Assembly (NCBI GenBank): GCA_903813345.2
Contig: CAIIXF020000001.1
Location: forward strand, 35,030,001-35,094,000
Direction of reading: 5' to 3'
DNA length: 64,000 nucleotides
From: Owenia fusiformis
Taxonomy: Eukaryota
Shown here: piece after piece, positions 10,860-22,976 of the stretch
Layout: every line of letters starts with the position of its first letter
How positions within the stretch are numbered: position 1 is the first letter of the stretch
Notes under the pieces: generated by a model
What the model saw: the letters and a program-made list of their open reading frames with translations, nothing else
Databases searched by the model: none
Told to the model about the DNA's origin: nothing
Translations under genes and position numbers: made by a program

Positions 10860-12900
10860 ACCTTTTCTCAACATTGTGTATCAAAAGCTTTTGTATAAGT
10901 CACTAAACTGATATTGCTTAGTTTTCATTTTAATCTGTTCCACAGCAACCATAACTGCCTGATTGGCTCCTTGACCAGGACCATGTTTGATGACAGGCTG
11001 GGAGATTAATATAATCCATCTAAAGCCACATTGATATGGTTTATTTTATCAGTTTCTATTCCCATTTCCTCATTAATCTGTCTTATATTTTGTAGTCTAT
11101 TATTCATGTCATCATTATTTAATTCTATGATACTGCTGTTGACATTTTCAATCGTTTTCTGCAGCCCGTGTGTTGCAGGGGGTCTCATGTTCATTGATGC
11201 TAGTAGATATTGGAATTGAGATATTCCAATGGGCATACGTTGTAAGGCAGACATAGCCTGAACATTAATAGTTGCTGGGTTGGGCCCCAGTTTCTTTGTT
11301 AGAATTTCTGTGTTTCTTTTCCACATCACTGATATTAAATGCTCAGTTCTTACAGGGTGTCCGGAAAGTAAAGATACAAATACTCTTATTTTAAGAAATT
11401 TGGGTTTTTTGAAATGAAATTGCTACAGATTGTAGAGGAACAATTTGACAATATATCTACAAACTTTCATCACATATAGTCTAAATGTGTTCAAGTTACG
11501 GTTGTTATGGTTACGGATGTGAGTGGTATGTGGAGCAGTTCCAGAACAACTCTAAAAAGTGAAAAATTGCTAAGAGACAACCATTTGAAACAGTGTTTTT
11601 TGTTGTATTTTCTATCTATGTTTTGTTTTGTTCATCATTGTATTATTGCTGCCATAGTGTTTCCTTTTATATAATGATGTCATTGGCACATATCAGAACT
11701 ATGTTATGTCGCTAACCAGTAAAATGAAAGAAATATTATACAAGTGCTTAGAAGAATGGTCCCTGGCCATTAGTAGGAAAGTCAATATTGCATCTCCACA
11801 ATGCACCAATTCACAAAGCAAAAAACAAATCTTACAATGGAGTGTCATGACATTAAACCTTTCTACACAATACCCCATTTTCACCTGATAAAGCCTCTTT
11901 AGACTTCTACCTTAATGACCATTTGAAAGCAATATTTGTAAAAAGTTCAACATACAAATGAGACTCAGCTGGAAGCAAGAATGTTATCAGCAATCTGAGA
12001 GATGGACAGTAGCGGTTTTGTCAGGTCTTTGAATCACCGGTCAAGATGCACCAAGAATGTATAGATAATGGAGAAGATACTGAATATTCAATGATAGTAG
12101 TAATATGAAATTATCAAATAATGTTACATTACTAATCCCTATGCTGTTGTGGTACATAATTTGATATAACATAGGAATAGATGGTGTAGTGCTAAGATTA
12201 TATGAGCAGGAAAGAGATTTGTAAAGCACTATAGTGACGTTGCTCCACATACCCTCGACTCCCGTAACCATAACAACCATAACTTTTTCATTTTGAAACT
12301 AAAAGTCATGACAGTTGCAGGATATATTCTTATAATGTCATTCCACATTCTGGAGCAATTTCATCTCAAAGCAAGTAAATCTCTTAAAATTAGAGCATTT
12401 GTATCTTTACTTTCCGGACACCCTGTATATTTAAATTTCAGTTTGTATCCTAGTCCGTAAGGATCTTTGGATTTGATGGCAATATTCATTTTACAATTTG
12501 GACTAGCGATGTTGAACCGACAAATTGTTCACAATCACCACCATTTGTTCTTCATTTATAATCATTGTTTCAGGCTTTTGTGGGGCATTGCTATATATAT
12601 TTGCCAATGATTCCTTTTTGTCTTCTTTTGGTCTCTCACAATCTAACACTCTGTAGTACTGATAGACTGAGTTCCTAGGGTGTGCCACTACAGGCACCAT
12701 CAATTTGCTATGAGTATCCACTGTGGGTCTGGTGATACCTCTGTCTTTACAGTCCTGGTCTATTGTTTTGGGGGTGGTGTGCATGTCCCTTTTTGAACTG
12801 CTGGGGCCTTTGTTTTTGTCTTTTGTTGTAAATATATGTCTGTTTTTTTTTGTACATTTTGGGTGGTTTTTCAGTAGTTTCTGACATGTTTCCAGTGATT
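10860..12900 (-). pseudogene. Mutator-like/Kolobok-like DDE transposase pseudogene, split by a MITE
   Basis: FKKGH..P N-terminal motif; H..C..YGLGYKLKF upstream of the MITE; then GPNPATINV..IG..LASMNMRPP..GLQK..LNNDDM..INVALDGLY and GPGQGANQAVMVAVEQI. Several stops and frameshifts. Confidence 0.6.
11353..12425. mobile_element. Tc1/mariner-type MITE, ~1.07 kb, TA TSD
   Basis: ta|cagggtgtccggaaagtaaagatacaaat ... atttgtatctttactttccggacaccctg|ta; imperfect inverted arms of about 190 bp. Confidence 0.9.
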
Positions 12901-14089
12901 TTGGTAACAAAATGAGTAAATGATCTGATCTCTGCGTTGTTAACGTGTAAAATGAAGTTAAAAGGGTTGGGAAGTTTATACAGAGTGTGATATCGTGTGT
13001 TTTTGCGTTTTTTGGTAGTTGGAAAATAATGGGTTATGTCATGAGTCATGGACTGCTATCAGGCTATCTTTCCTGGACAATGTTTGTTTATTTGACCCCA
13101 TTTGTTGTAATGTGATACCCTTGTTATCTAAAATAAAATATTTGTTCACATAAATGTAACACATATTAAGGCGTTAATAACAACAAAAAATAATATATTA
13201 TATATTTTTATTTATTTACATGAAATCATTAATACATACTTTCATTATCATTTTGAAATAGAAATACAGATAACATGGTCCACTAATCGTCTATGATAAC
13301 ATTTTTCCAGATATACAGTACTTGATACAGTGTTTGATATAGATATTTCTGCTTGATTCTGAGACCCTACAGGTGTGATATATGATGCACATGTTCTACA
13401 TGAAGATGTAAACAAAAACTTTTGATATTTTGCATATCTATTGACAAATGATGAATAAATATTGTGAATATAAAATTAGTGCTATATAAGCAATTTTGTG
13501 TGTCTACTTGAATGAACACCACCATAAGTCCGCATTCATGGCAGTCAAAATAATAGTTTTATAGAAAAAATGCTATATTACATGAATAGATGTCTCTGCA
13601 TACAGTGTATTTCTTTGCTTTGATGGGCCTGGTGGGTCATTTAGTACAGTAAGTTGATGGAACAAGTTGACATGGGCAGCTTGAAGTAAGTTTCGTTCTC
13701 ACTGCAGAAAAACAGCGCATTTATACACTGCCTAATTTTGAGTAATTTGGCCACTAACTATGGAGCTCTTCATGGCAGAGGGGATAAACCATGACAAGGA
13801 AAAAAATCAATATACCGATTTTAATTATTTTCCTCTGGTGGGTACATAAGACATTGTACTTTGATGTAAGGGTGGTGATTTAGCATAAATTCGATCTGTT
13901 TTTTGGTGAGAACATTGTAAGTTAACATCACGGCCTATTGCAAAATACTTGTGGTGTGCATTCATTGTCAATTTTAGTATGTACATAGTCACGTTAACTC
14001 AGTGGTTCTAGATGATGTGCACAATTATGTTTGTCGTAGAAATATTTGTAACGTTACTTAGCCACATTGTCCCTTTCTTTAAAAGTTCA

Positions 14090-14344
14090 TGATCAGGGAC
14101 ATTCGGTTCAATATTTTGTGGTAATGTTGGTACTGTGGATCTTAGCTTTATGGACATTAGGATTTCTGCTGGACTTTATCCTGTTGGACCTGTTGTTGGG
14201 AGTTCAGTGGTAGCTCGGCAATGCAATAGCTGGATCCGTTTGTTTCAAAGTTTGCTTAGCTGTCTGGATGGCTCTTTCAGCCTCTCTATTTGAAGATGGA
14301 CAATGGGAACTGGATGTAACATGTCTTATATCATATTTCTTGAA
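14090..14344 (-). pseudogene. Mag-type Gypsy integrase, C-terminal fragment
   Basis: FKKYDIRHVTSSSHCPSSNREAERAIQTAKQTLKQTDPAIALPSYH*TP..SPAEILMSIKLRSTVP matches the integrase H.TSSP.YPQSNG.AERAVQT...YR.TP..SPAELL pattern. Confidence 0.7.
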
Positions 14345-14346
14345 AA

Positions 14347-14853
14347 TCATAGTGTTTCTGTTATGAGTAATTTGCCCCTCCCATCTCTTCGATTACAAGC
14401 AAAAATGTTTTTATAAGGAAAAAATTTCTCTTCACCCATATTCATGAAATTAAACAGGGCTTTGGCCCTTATTTCACTTCTGATGGAAATTGTAATACTT
14501 GCTCTAGTCTCTTTTGTAGACACATTCAGTGTGCAATTTTCCATTAACTTTTTAATAACAGCAAATAGTTCTATGTGCATGTCTCTCTTAACATCTATGA
14601 CATATGGTGAGCCACCAGTTTTGCCCCATGGCCTCATTTGTTGAACAAGTTTAGTGTGGATGGTAAAAAGTTCCCTTGATACCATGGGCTGCACCCTCAG
14701 TTGGGAATACATTATGCTATTACTCTTGATCATCCTTATGGTTGATATTTCTTGTGTAAATTGTGTAGAACCTCGTGTGCCTGGAAATGAAAATGGTATA
14801 TACTCTACCATACCATAATGGTATGTAGTCATTTTTTCAAAATAAAATATCAT
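14347..14853 (-). CDS. Unassigned ORF (168 aa) inside an insertion that splits an old integrase
   Basis: Uninterrupted 507-bp ORF in AT-rich DNA with normal amino-acid composition (FPGTRG, PWGKTGGSPY, VKRDMHIELF); no family recognised. Confidence 0.4.
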   Translation of the reverse strand: MIFYFEKMTTYHYGMVEYIPFSFPGTRGSTQFTQEISTIRMIKSNSIMYSQLRVQPMVSRELFTIHTKLVQQMRPWGKTGGSPYVIDVKRDMHIELFAVIKKLMENCTLNVSTKETRASITISIRSEIRAKALFNFMNMGEEKFFPYKNIFACNRRDGRGKLLITETL

Positions 14854-15796
14854 CGAATAATTCTAAACAATAATGACGTGCATGTACCTAACGACTTGTA
14901 TTGTATTGAATCTTTATTTACCATATTTTTAAATGCACGTTAATCTTCAGAAAGTAAATATACATGCATTGTGTCGATCTTACCACACTCTCTCTACATG
15001 AAGCCCATAGCGTAAAGTACTCTACTTTAACCTTGGTCAGTCATTAAAGTAATACTTGTATCTGCAAGAATGTAAATCATATTTACCTCACTAAAGTAAT
15101 TTGTGACTGCAGCAGGCAGTGTGTCTGTGCCCAAGAAATGTATGAATTCTTTCCGTGCATCGTATATACAATGATATTTGCATAACTGTGCTGAGGTAAT
15201 CATAATCCCACTCATTTTCTAAATAGTCATAAGGCTTCTCACTTGTCCATCTGAAACAAGTAACATAACTTGAGTCAATAATGTATTATAGGCCTGGTTA
15301 CTGATTCAAATCCAAAAGTCCAAAATCTGTCATGGGCGATAATACAGTAATAATGCGCTAATGCGCCATTTTGTTATCCAAAGAACATGATCTCAGCTTT
15401 GTAATCAATAAAGGCTTTGTGAATTTTTGATCAATTTTCACAAAAACTTCAGAGCTTTGAAAAAAATAATTTTTGAAAAAATTGTTCTGAACAAATTTTA
15501 TAATAACACATTTATTCAAAAGAATGGTAAGCCCAAAATTATATCAAAAATACGGGAATATTCTCACTGTTCAATCAACAAATGAATGCCTTTTGCAACT
15601 CTAAAATCAATCGTTTTTTATCAAAATAAAAAGAAACATTTACCTAGATCGTGTTGGATTCATTTTTAAGGAGCATATGGTAATCAGTTTCCAAAGGGAG
15701 CCTCTGAAAAGTTCATAGCAAACCAACATTAGTACAGTGACTCACCGCTAGGAGCGCCACAATACAGGCCGTTTTGAGACCGTCTGTAACCACAGT

Positions 15797-15990
15797 GAAT
15801 GCATTAAATTCTGACGACACAAATTGAGGCCCATTATCAGAGACTATTACCTCAGGAATACCATGTCGAAATAATAGCATTTTCAAATGATTGATAATTT
15901 CGGTTGATGTGGTTTTTGTTTGTCAATTTCATGAGTTCTATAAAACTTCTTGAATAAGATCAAGTTTAGAAACCAGATACACCAAAAACA
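15797..15990 (-). pseudogene. Mag-type Gypsy integrase core fragment
   Basis: FRHGIPEVIVSDNGPQFVSSEFNAF (second catalytic Asp motif); the reading resumes at 14344. Confidence 0.75.
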
Positions 15991-17339
15991 TTGGCATCTA
16001 CACAATATATCAAATTAATTGTCTCAGAGACTCTGCGTGCGAGTAAATTACCCATTCTGTTACGTACTACATTGACACGAAACAAATACAGTTAATCCCA
16101 CGACTGATACCATGTCATGTTTTATACAAACATGTTTAGTGGGCGATACAAATGGCACAATACACAGAACATAAAGTTTGCAAAGTTTATTTAATTCCAC
16201 CGGAAGTCCCAAGCATGTGCAAGTGCATGCTCATCTCTCACGTTTCACATAGTGTAACCATGAACCAAAATATATCAACAATTATAAATTGTAATCCTGG
16301 GAACATGAACATAGACGATAACATTACAATAAGGAGCAATATAACAGTAGTTTATGGGTTGTGGTAGGGGGGATGCTTTGCGTGGTGACAGTTTCTAGAG
16401 ATAAAAGATGTTTCAGGAGGGAATATTATGTATTGGCTTTTATAAAGGAAGCCAGCCTGGCCATCATTTTCGAATTTAATTCGATTGAGATATCTATTGA
16501 GCCATATTTCAGAACTTCAAGATATTTATGCTGGGAGATTAGCCTGTCAAATACTTCATGGATCAGTTTTTTTTCAGGTACAGGTAGGAGAGGTTAAGCT
16601 ACACATATTTAACAAAACGTAAACGTGAACTCCAATGTGCGCGCAGGTAAATGATGTCAGATTTGTGTATTTTCTGTGGGCCAGCTCGAAGTTTACAGGT
16701 TCTTACATTAGATTATCATATTGGTGCATTTTACAGACGCGTATTCAACAAAGCATGAATGTGTACTTGGAAATAAGAATACATTTTAATGGGTAAATGA
16801 CAACTTCAAATGTGATTGTTTTGTTTCATTCCGTACAATATAAAAAGGCAGGGCTAATTTGATACCCGGGGCTTAGTACATATATATATGTACAATATGT
16901 ATACTAAACGAAATGAAATGACAACCAGGGCCTACTATTGCCTTATCACTACATTTGATTTGCGAACGAAGCATTTTCTTTGTATTACTTCCGCCCTTGA
17001 TAATAACAAAAAGTGATACTAAAGTTTATGTTTATGTTTATTTATTATTTAAAATACACACAAAATACAATATATGAACTGGGTGACACTTTAAAAAGTG
17101 TATATTCCCAATATTAGGCAAAAATAATACATGTGTGTTGTCATACCTATTAAATGCAGTTGGGGACCTGCCTATGTATTCATCTATTTGAACGAAAGTA
17201 TTGATTTGTCACATCATAATAGACCAAATGAGATAACGTTTTGGCATAATGTCAAAAGTGTTCTTGAATACAATTATACCAATGAGTGCAAATATACTTA
17301 CAATGTAGTTTGAACATTATTTGGAACAGAGGCAAAATC

Positions 17340-18110
17340 AGGGGGTACAGCAGGGCTTAAAGGAAATATAAGTCAGTTTAGTAAAAAAAACAAAAACAAC
17401 AACAAAAAACACAAAAACAACATAACTGTATGTGATTGAAATGTTACCATATGGGTCAGATATACTGAGCAATCATATTGAGAGCAGTTTTGTTCTTCGA
17501 AGAAACCAAAAAGAGCATCCAAAAGAGCATACACGAGAGAAAGCATGATGAGGGCAATGGGTGATAAAGAGACAGCAAAATATCAATTGAGTTAGTATGT
17601 TTCCAGAAATAGTTTTTTTTTAGTTCTCTTTTAAATGAATAGAGGCTTTTTATTTTTATTTGTTTAAGTCTTTCTGGTAATTTGTTCCAAAGCTGGGGTA
17701 TTGAAATGGATATAGATGATTTACCATAATTTGTGCGAAATTTAGGTTGATCATAGGTCATTCTATTTCTGGTGTTATAAGGATTTCTTTCATGAACTGT
17801 TGTAAAGAGCCGAGGGTATATACTCCTATAGTTATCTAAGTCATTTTTCCATTTGAACATAAATATACATTTCGCTTGCTTATTAATGTCAAAAATAGTA
17901 GTAAGTTTTAACATTTCAAAAAGTGGAGAGGAATGTGCTCTATAGTCACTTTTTGTTGCAAGACGTACAAACCTTTTCTGGGACAAGTGAAGTGGATTTA
18001 TTGATGTGGATTACCATATATTAGATACGAATAGATCAAAGAGTAGTAAATACTTGTAAACCCTTGAATGTTTAAAATATGCTTAATCTTGTACAATGGG
18101 GCGATAATTT
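17340..18110 (-). mobile_element. L2/Crack-like LINE 3' fragment (C-terminal part of ORF2 plus 3' UTR)
   Basis: IYYSLIYSYLIYG..QKRFVRL..AHSSPLF..YNTR..PKFRTNYGKSSIS..LWNKLP..SLYSFKRELK. Confidence 0.75.
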
Positions 18111-18194
18111 GTAAATAATTTGTCATTATAAAGTAATTGAATTGTGGTTGAATATGAAATAAAGCAAAAATAAAAAACAAAAATGTTTCCATGC

Positions 18195-18270
18195 GAGCGC
18201 GACTAGATTTGAACCAAGGCTAAGGCTAATGAACATGAGTCCTAAGTGCTAACCATTACAACATAGAGCC
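18195..18270 (-). pseudogene. tRNA-Gln-derived pseudogene or SINE head
   Basis: Minus strand ggctctatgttgtaatggttagcacttaggactc...ggttcaaatc resembles the tRNA-Gln 5' half and B box; anticodon arm and acceptor stem are degenerate. Confidence 0.5.
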
Positions 18271-18696
18271 ATGACCCTTAGACACAGTCACCACAATGTA
18301 ATCTATAGCTCCACGTCCAATGACATAGTTTCAGATGTGTAGCTTAACAAAACATTTTCTTAAACGTGTACTTGAGCGTGGACTTATGCGTTCAGGTTCA
18401 TGGTTTACATTTGAACGTGTAGCTTAACTTCTCTATTGATTAAATTCATTCCTAGCATGTGTCAAAAGGGCACAATGGAAAAAAGAAGTGTTTAACTGTT
18501 TGAGGATCCCCGCAGGTACAATTTGGGTTGTTAGTATTGCTGAAATTATGAGCATATAGTTGGGCCTTGAATAAAAAGTCGGCCCTAAATTTATTTACTA
18601 CTATCTCATGTCTCCTTGTGAGATTCAGGCTGTAATGACATTTATTGGATTTTTGAAAAGTACTTTTTGATGTTTCTTGAAATTCTAAATAGTCGC

Positions 18697-19980
18697 TTTA
18701 TTAGGAGGCCTCCTATTAATTTTGTAGATATAATTATTCTTTATTATTATTCTTTATTATTTATTCTTCCCGGGACCTTTTCTCCTACTTCTAGCTAACT
18801 TTTAACTAGCTACTACATACTCTTACTATGGACCTAGGCTGAACTTGAGGGGAAAGGAATTTTTATCTAGGTCAAATCTAAGTTTTTTTCAAGTTTCTCG
18901 AATCCTGACACTACATTTCAATATTTTTGCCTGATTTTTTGCATACAGATAGATATTAGTATTCTATTAGTATGAGCCATTTGCCGTCTAGACAAATTTT
19001 GTCTAGATTTTGAGATACTGAAGGTCAAAAAAAGATCAAGAAAGGTCTTTTTTCAACTTGTTTCAAATTGACCAATGTTTTTTTAAAACTCATCTACAAG
19101 TTCTCAGGATTCCAAATCTGACCTTACTTTTGACCTTTAGTTGACCTTCAGTGACCTCCAAAAGGTCAAAAAGTTGATTTTTCAAATTGATTTTCTTGAT
19201 TCAAATTAATACCTAAAGAGGTCAAAAAAGTAAAATTTGCAAGGTCAAAGGTCAAGGTCATTGAATTAAATCACAAACTGTGTTTTCTAAGTTTCTAAAA
19301 ATTGGTGACTACAAATCAATATTCTTTAATGAAAGTTCAGATATAAATTCCTCTTAAGGTTCTACACATATTAGCTATTGATTATATATTAAAATGTTGC
19401 ACCAGTTTTGAGATATTAGAACTCAAAAACTGAAAAAGGTCAAATTTTGAAATTTTTCAAGGTCAAATTTCAACTAGCTCTTAATTGACCAAACTTTTTT
19501 TTAAAAAACATCTACAACTTCTCAGTCAGGAACTCAAATCTGACCTTAGGTTTGACCTTCAGTGACCTTTGAAATGTAAAAAAAGTAGATATTTCAAATT
19601 AATTTTCTGGATTCAAATTTAGGAAAATTTAATCACAAAAGACCTACTGAGGTCTAAAAAAGTAAAATTTGCAAGGTCAAGGTCATCAAACCAAATCACA
19701 AACTGTGTTTTCTAAGTTTCTCAAAGTTGATGACTACAAATCAATATTTTTGTATGAAAGTCAGGATATCTATTCCTCTAAAGCTATACACATATTAGCA
19801 ATTGATTATCTATTAAAATTTTGCACCAGTTTTGAGATATTAGAACTCAAAAACTGAAAATTGGTTTTGAGATATTAGAACTCAAAAACTGAAAATTGGT
19901 TTTGAGATTTGACCTTTGCTTAACCATCACTGACCTTCGAAAGGTCAAAAAGATGACTTTCCAAATTGATTGTCTGGATT
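18697..19980 (+). mobile_element. HINE-like element (5' end and internal repeats; 3' end not seen)
   Basis: T-run, palindrome taggaggcctccta, (ATT)n tract, then internal repeats (catctacaagttctc..aaatctgacc..) shared with the 22977 and 26064 elements and with about 32720-33060. Confidence 0.6.
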
Positions 19981-20009
19981 GTCTGTATATTTAATTACAG
20001 ATTTCAGTA

Positions 20010-20682
20010 CAGTGAAACTGTCATAATAAACACCTCTTTAGTTAAGAGGACACGAGTCTACTCTATTGAACACTGATTCCCAGCCAGTGATTTCAGTACA
20101 GTGAAACTGTCATAATGAACGCCTTCTTAGTGAAGATTTGTACCCAGTGAACACACGAGTCTACTCTTTTGAGCACCTGTGTGTAGTGAACACCTGTGTG
20201 TAGTGAACACCTGTGTGTAGTGAACACCTGTGTGTAGTGAACACCAATTCCCAGCAAGTGATTTCAGTACAGTAAAACTGTCATAATGAACGCCTCTTTG
20301 GTGAAGATCTGAGAGTCTACTCTATTGGACATTTGTAGAGAGTAAAGGGTCACCTATTCCCAGCCAGTGATTTCAATACAGTAAAACCTGTCATACTGAA
20401 CACATCTCTTAAGTGAATGTCGGTGGCTAGTGAACACATGCATCTAATTTATTGGACACCTGTATATAGTGAACACTCAATACCAGCCAGTGAATTCAAT
20501 ACAGTAAAACCTGTCATACTGAAGACAGGTACCTAGTGAACATCTGAATCTTACTCAAGTAGACATCTGTGCATAGTGAATACGTATACAGGCTAATGTC
20601 GCTAGTCTAAGGTAGATTCAGGTTTTCTCCAGACACAGGTCTTCACTAGAGAGAGAAGTGTTCATTATAACCAGTTTCACTG
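20010..20682. mobile_element. pogo/Tigger-type MITE with tandemly multiplied left ends
   Basis: tacagt(g/a)aaa(c)ctgtcata at about 20008, 20097, 20268, 20377 and 20500; one inverted end gtgttcattataaccagtttcactg at 20682; 17-bp unit cacctgtgtgtagtgaa x4 at about 20174-20245. Confidence 0.65.
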
Positions 20683-22074
20683 AACTTAAATCACTATATA
20701 GTGTAAAATGGGCATTTAACAGTTTGCTATTAATCCCTTAAATATACTCAAACATATTAGAAAGGTACCCACTACCCTGTTTTTCTACACTTTTTCAGGG
20801 CCCCATGTGAATGATAGATACCCAGTACACGCTACCCAGTCTTTTTTACAAACCCTGATATATCAACATAGATCACCTTTGATGTTTAGTGTCTGGTGTC
20901 AATCAAAATTGGAAGTGGTACTGTACACAGATTTCTCTAGTGATTCATTTGCTATATTTCATTTACTTTGGACTGGACAAATGTCTGTTCTTTGGACTAA
21001 TGTCTTCTTATCATAATGACAAAATACATTTTTAAAGGCAGACAATCAATTAATGGAAAATGGAATGTGTATATCTTGCCACCCTTGCAAAATAATGGAC
21101 TCACCCACTTGGATCCACTTGCAAAATATATATAACCCTTGAAAATCCTTGTAACGAACTCTGAAATAATTTCCAACGTTGATTTTAATAATTCTGAAAT
21201 ACTGGCTAAATTTAAGATTGAAGCATATACCTCTTCAATCAAAAAGAGTCAGCCACATCTTTTTTGGATTTGAGAGAACGTTAAGGCAGGTGTAATGAAT
21301 CTAAGGAGGTATGATATACTAGTGGTCGGACTCGCCTGAAAATCTCCACTCCAGTGGGCCATGAAAAACCACGATTATATTCGCGATTTGACTGAGTTGA
21401 GTTACTTCTGATTTCAGTTTCCCAAGTAGCAGCAGAATTCATCAATTTGATCAAGTCTTTCAAGTGCCTCTATACTTTTTATTGTCTAAGTGCCCGATTC
21501 ATCTTAATTGTGTACACCGAAGTGCACCCAGACATCAGATGTAGTTTTCTTTGGGTAGTCTATTAATATTTTAGGCATTTTAAAATTCCCGGCTGTTGGA
21601 TATTCCCAGAATGCATCAAACTTGAAATGAAACTTTTGCATTAAAATAATGAACGCAGAATAAAATCCAAGTATGTTTGTCTTTCGCACATGGCATTAAA
21701 TAGAAAATAAGTTGTATTCTATACAGATTAAGCAGAACATTACAACTATAAGCATGGAAATTGCGAATAGGAGAGATGAATCGCGAGTCAAGGTAAGGTG
21801 AAAACGAGTGAGAAATATTTTTTTTGGTAAAAATTTCAAATCGTGAGTTCAAGTTTTCAACTCAATCAATTGATTTTTAGGACAAATGCGAGTAAAACTC
21901 GAGTACACGAGTCAGTCTTCCAACCACTATGATATACGTGAGTAGCTAGTGCCAATAGCCTTTTTGATTTCCCAAAATCATAATTTCCATACCAAATGAA
22001 ACTTAAGTTGCAATCTAACCATAGATTATGATAGATTATGAATTGTATACTTTTACTTCAATAAAATATGTCAC

Positions 22075-22880
22075 CAGCATCTCACTTAAACATGTGATGT
22101 GCCATTAAAAACAAACATAATTTGCATAATGTAGCTAAATTGATAAGCTAATAGTCCTGATGCAAACCCAAGTGATACTAGCGTTTGGGAATGTCTCAAG
22201 GAGATGGTATATACACTGTAGGCACCCAATCTCAAATATTGCTCAACAAAAGCTGGTAATTAAGACAAGCTGAAAAAAATTTCATCAGAACTGCTATCAT
22301 CATTGGGACTAAGACTAAAAGCTATCATCAAATAGGGTACTGGACCAATATCCTAGATGATCCTAGAGTAGAAATAATCTTTATTTACATCATTAAAAAT
22401 TCACAATTCAGTCAAACTGATGTCATATTTTGAATCTACATGTAACATTACACCTAGAAATGTGGTTTTGAAAAGAGTTAATCAACTTTGAAAATTTAAT
22501 TTTCTTTGAAAATGTGACTCCTAGGTTGGGGAGATTCCCCAAAGACCCCATGTTGTAAAACCACAAAAAGTGAAATTTCTTTTCTTATGTTAGGCAGATA
22601 ATATTTTCTTTTACTGGACATCTTATAATTTGTATAGCTATCACATACATAAGGATAATATAATAAGTGAACCACTAAAACTGATGAATATTCAAGTTTA
22701 ATGGAATTTTGTAATACCCTGCCATGTTATTTCCCCCGAATCAGCCACCTGGTGGCGAAACTGGTAACTACCTACTCGCATCTGAGTAATTGAACTTCTC
22801 TTTTAGATCAAATACAATCCAAGTTAAAGGACTTGTTACATTATTTTATTACCTGGGATCTTTGGCACTATATTACGTGA
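22075..22880 (+). mobile_element. Second Tc1/mariner 3' remnant (related to 540-974), interrupted by a ~440-bp insertion at 22350-22787
   Basis: Aligns by eye to 540-915. The sequence ggaccaattgaac of the first copy is split here as ggaccaat|insert|aattgaac. Confidence 0.6.
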
Positions 22881-22976
22881 TTTTAGAAAATCATATTTTG
22901 CCTTATGAGTACTTTCTGGCCATAAATTCAGTGTTTTCTTATCAAAACAATATTGTTTTCTTTCAAGTGAAGTATA

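Larger units (their letters stand above)
16590..18433. mobile_element. Non-autonomous DNA element with short TIRs, enclosing a LINE fragment and a tRNA-like segment
   Basis: agaggttaagctacac at 16590 and gtgtagcttaacttct ending 18433; internal gtgtagcttaac copy near 18337. Confidence 0.5.

Noticed and set aside
20997..21690. Minus-strand fragments weakly resembling a P-element-like transposase (RWKLFQSSLQGFSRV..)
   Set aside because: Too degenerate to assign without a search; no termini found.
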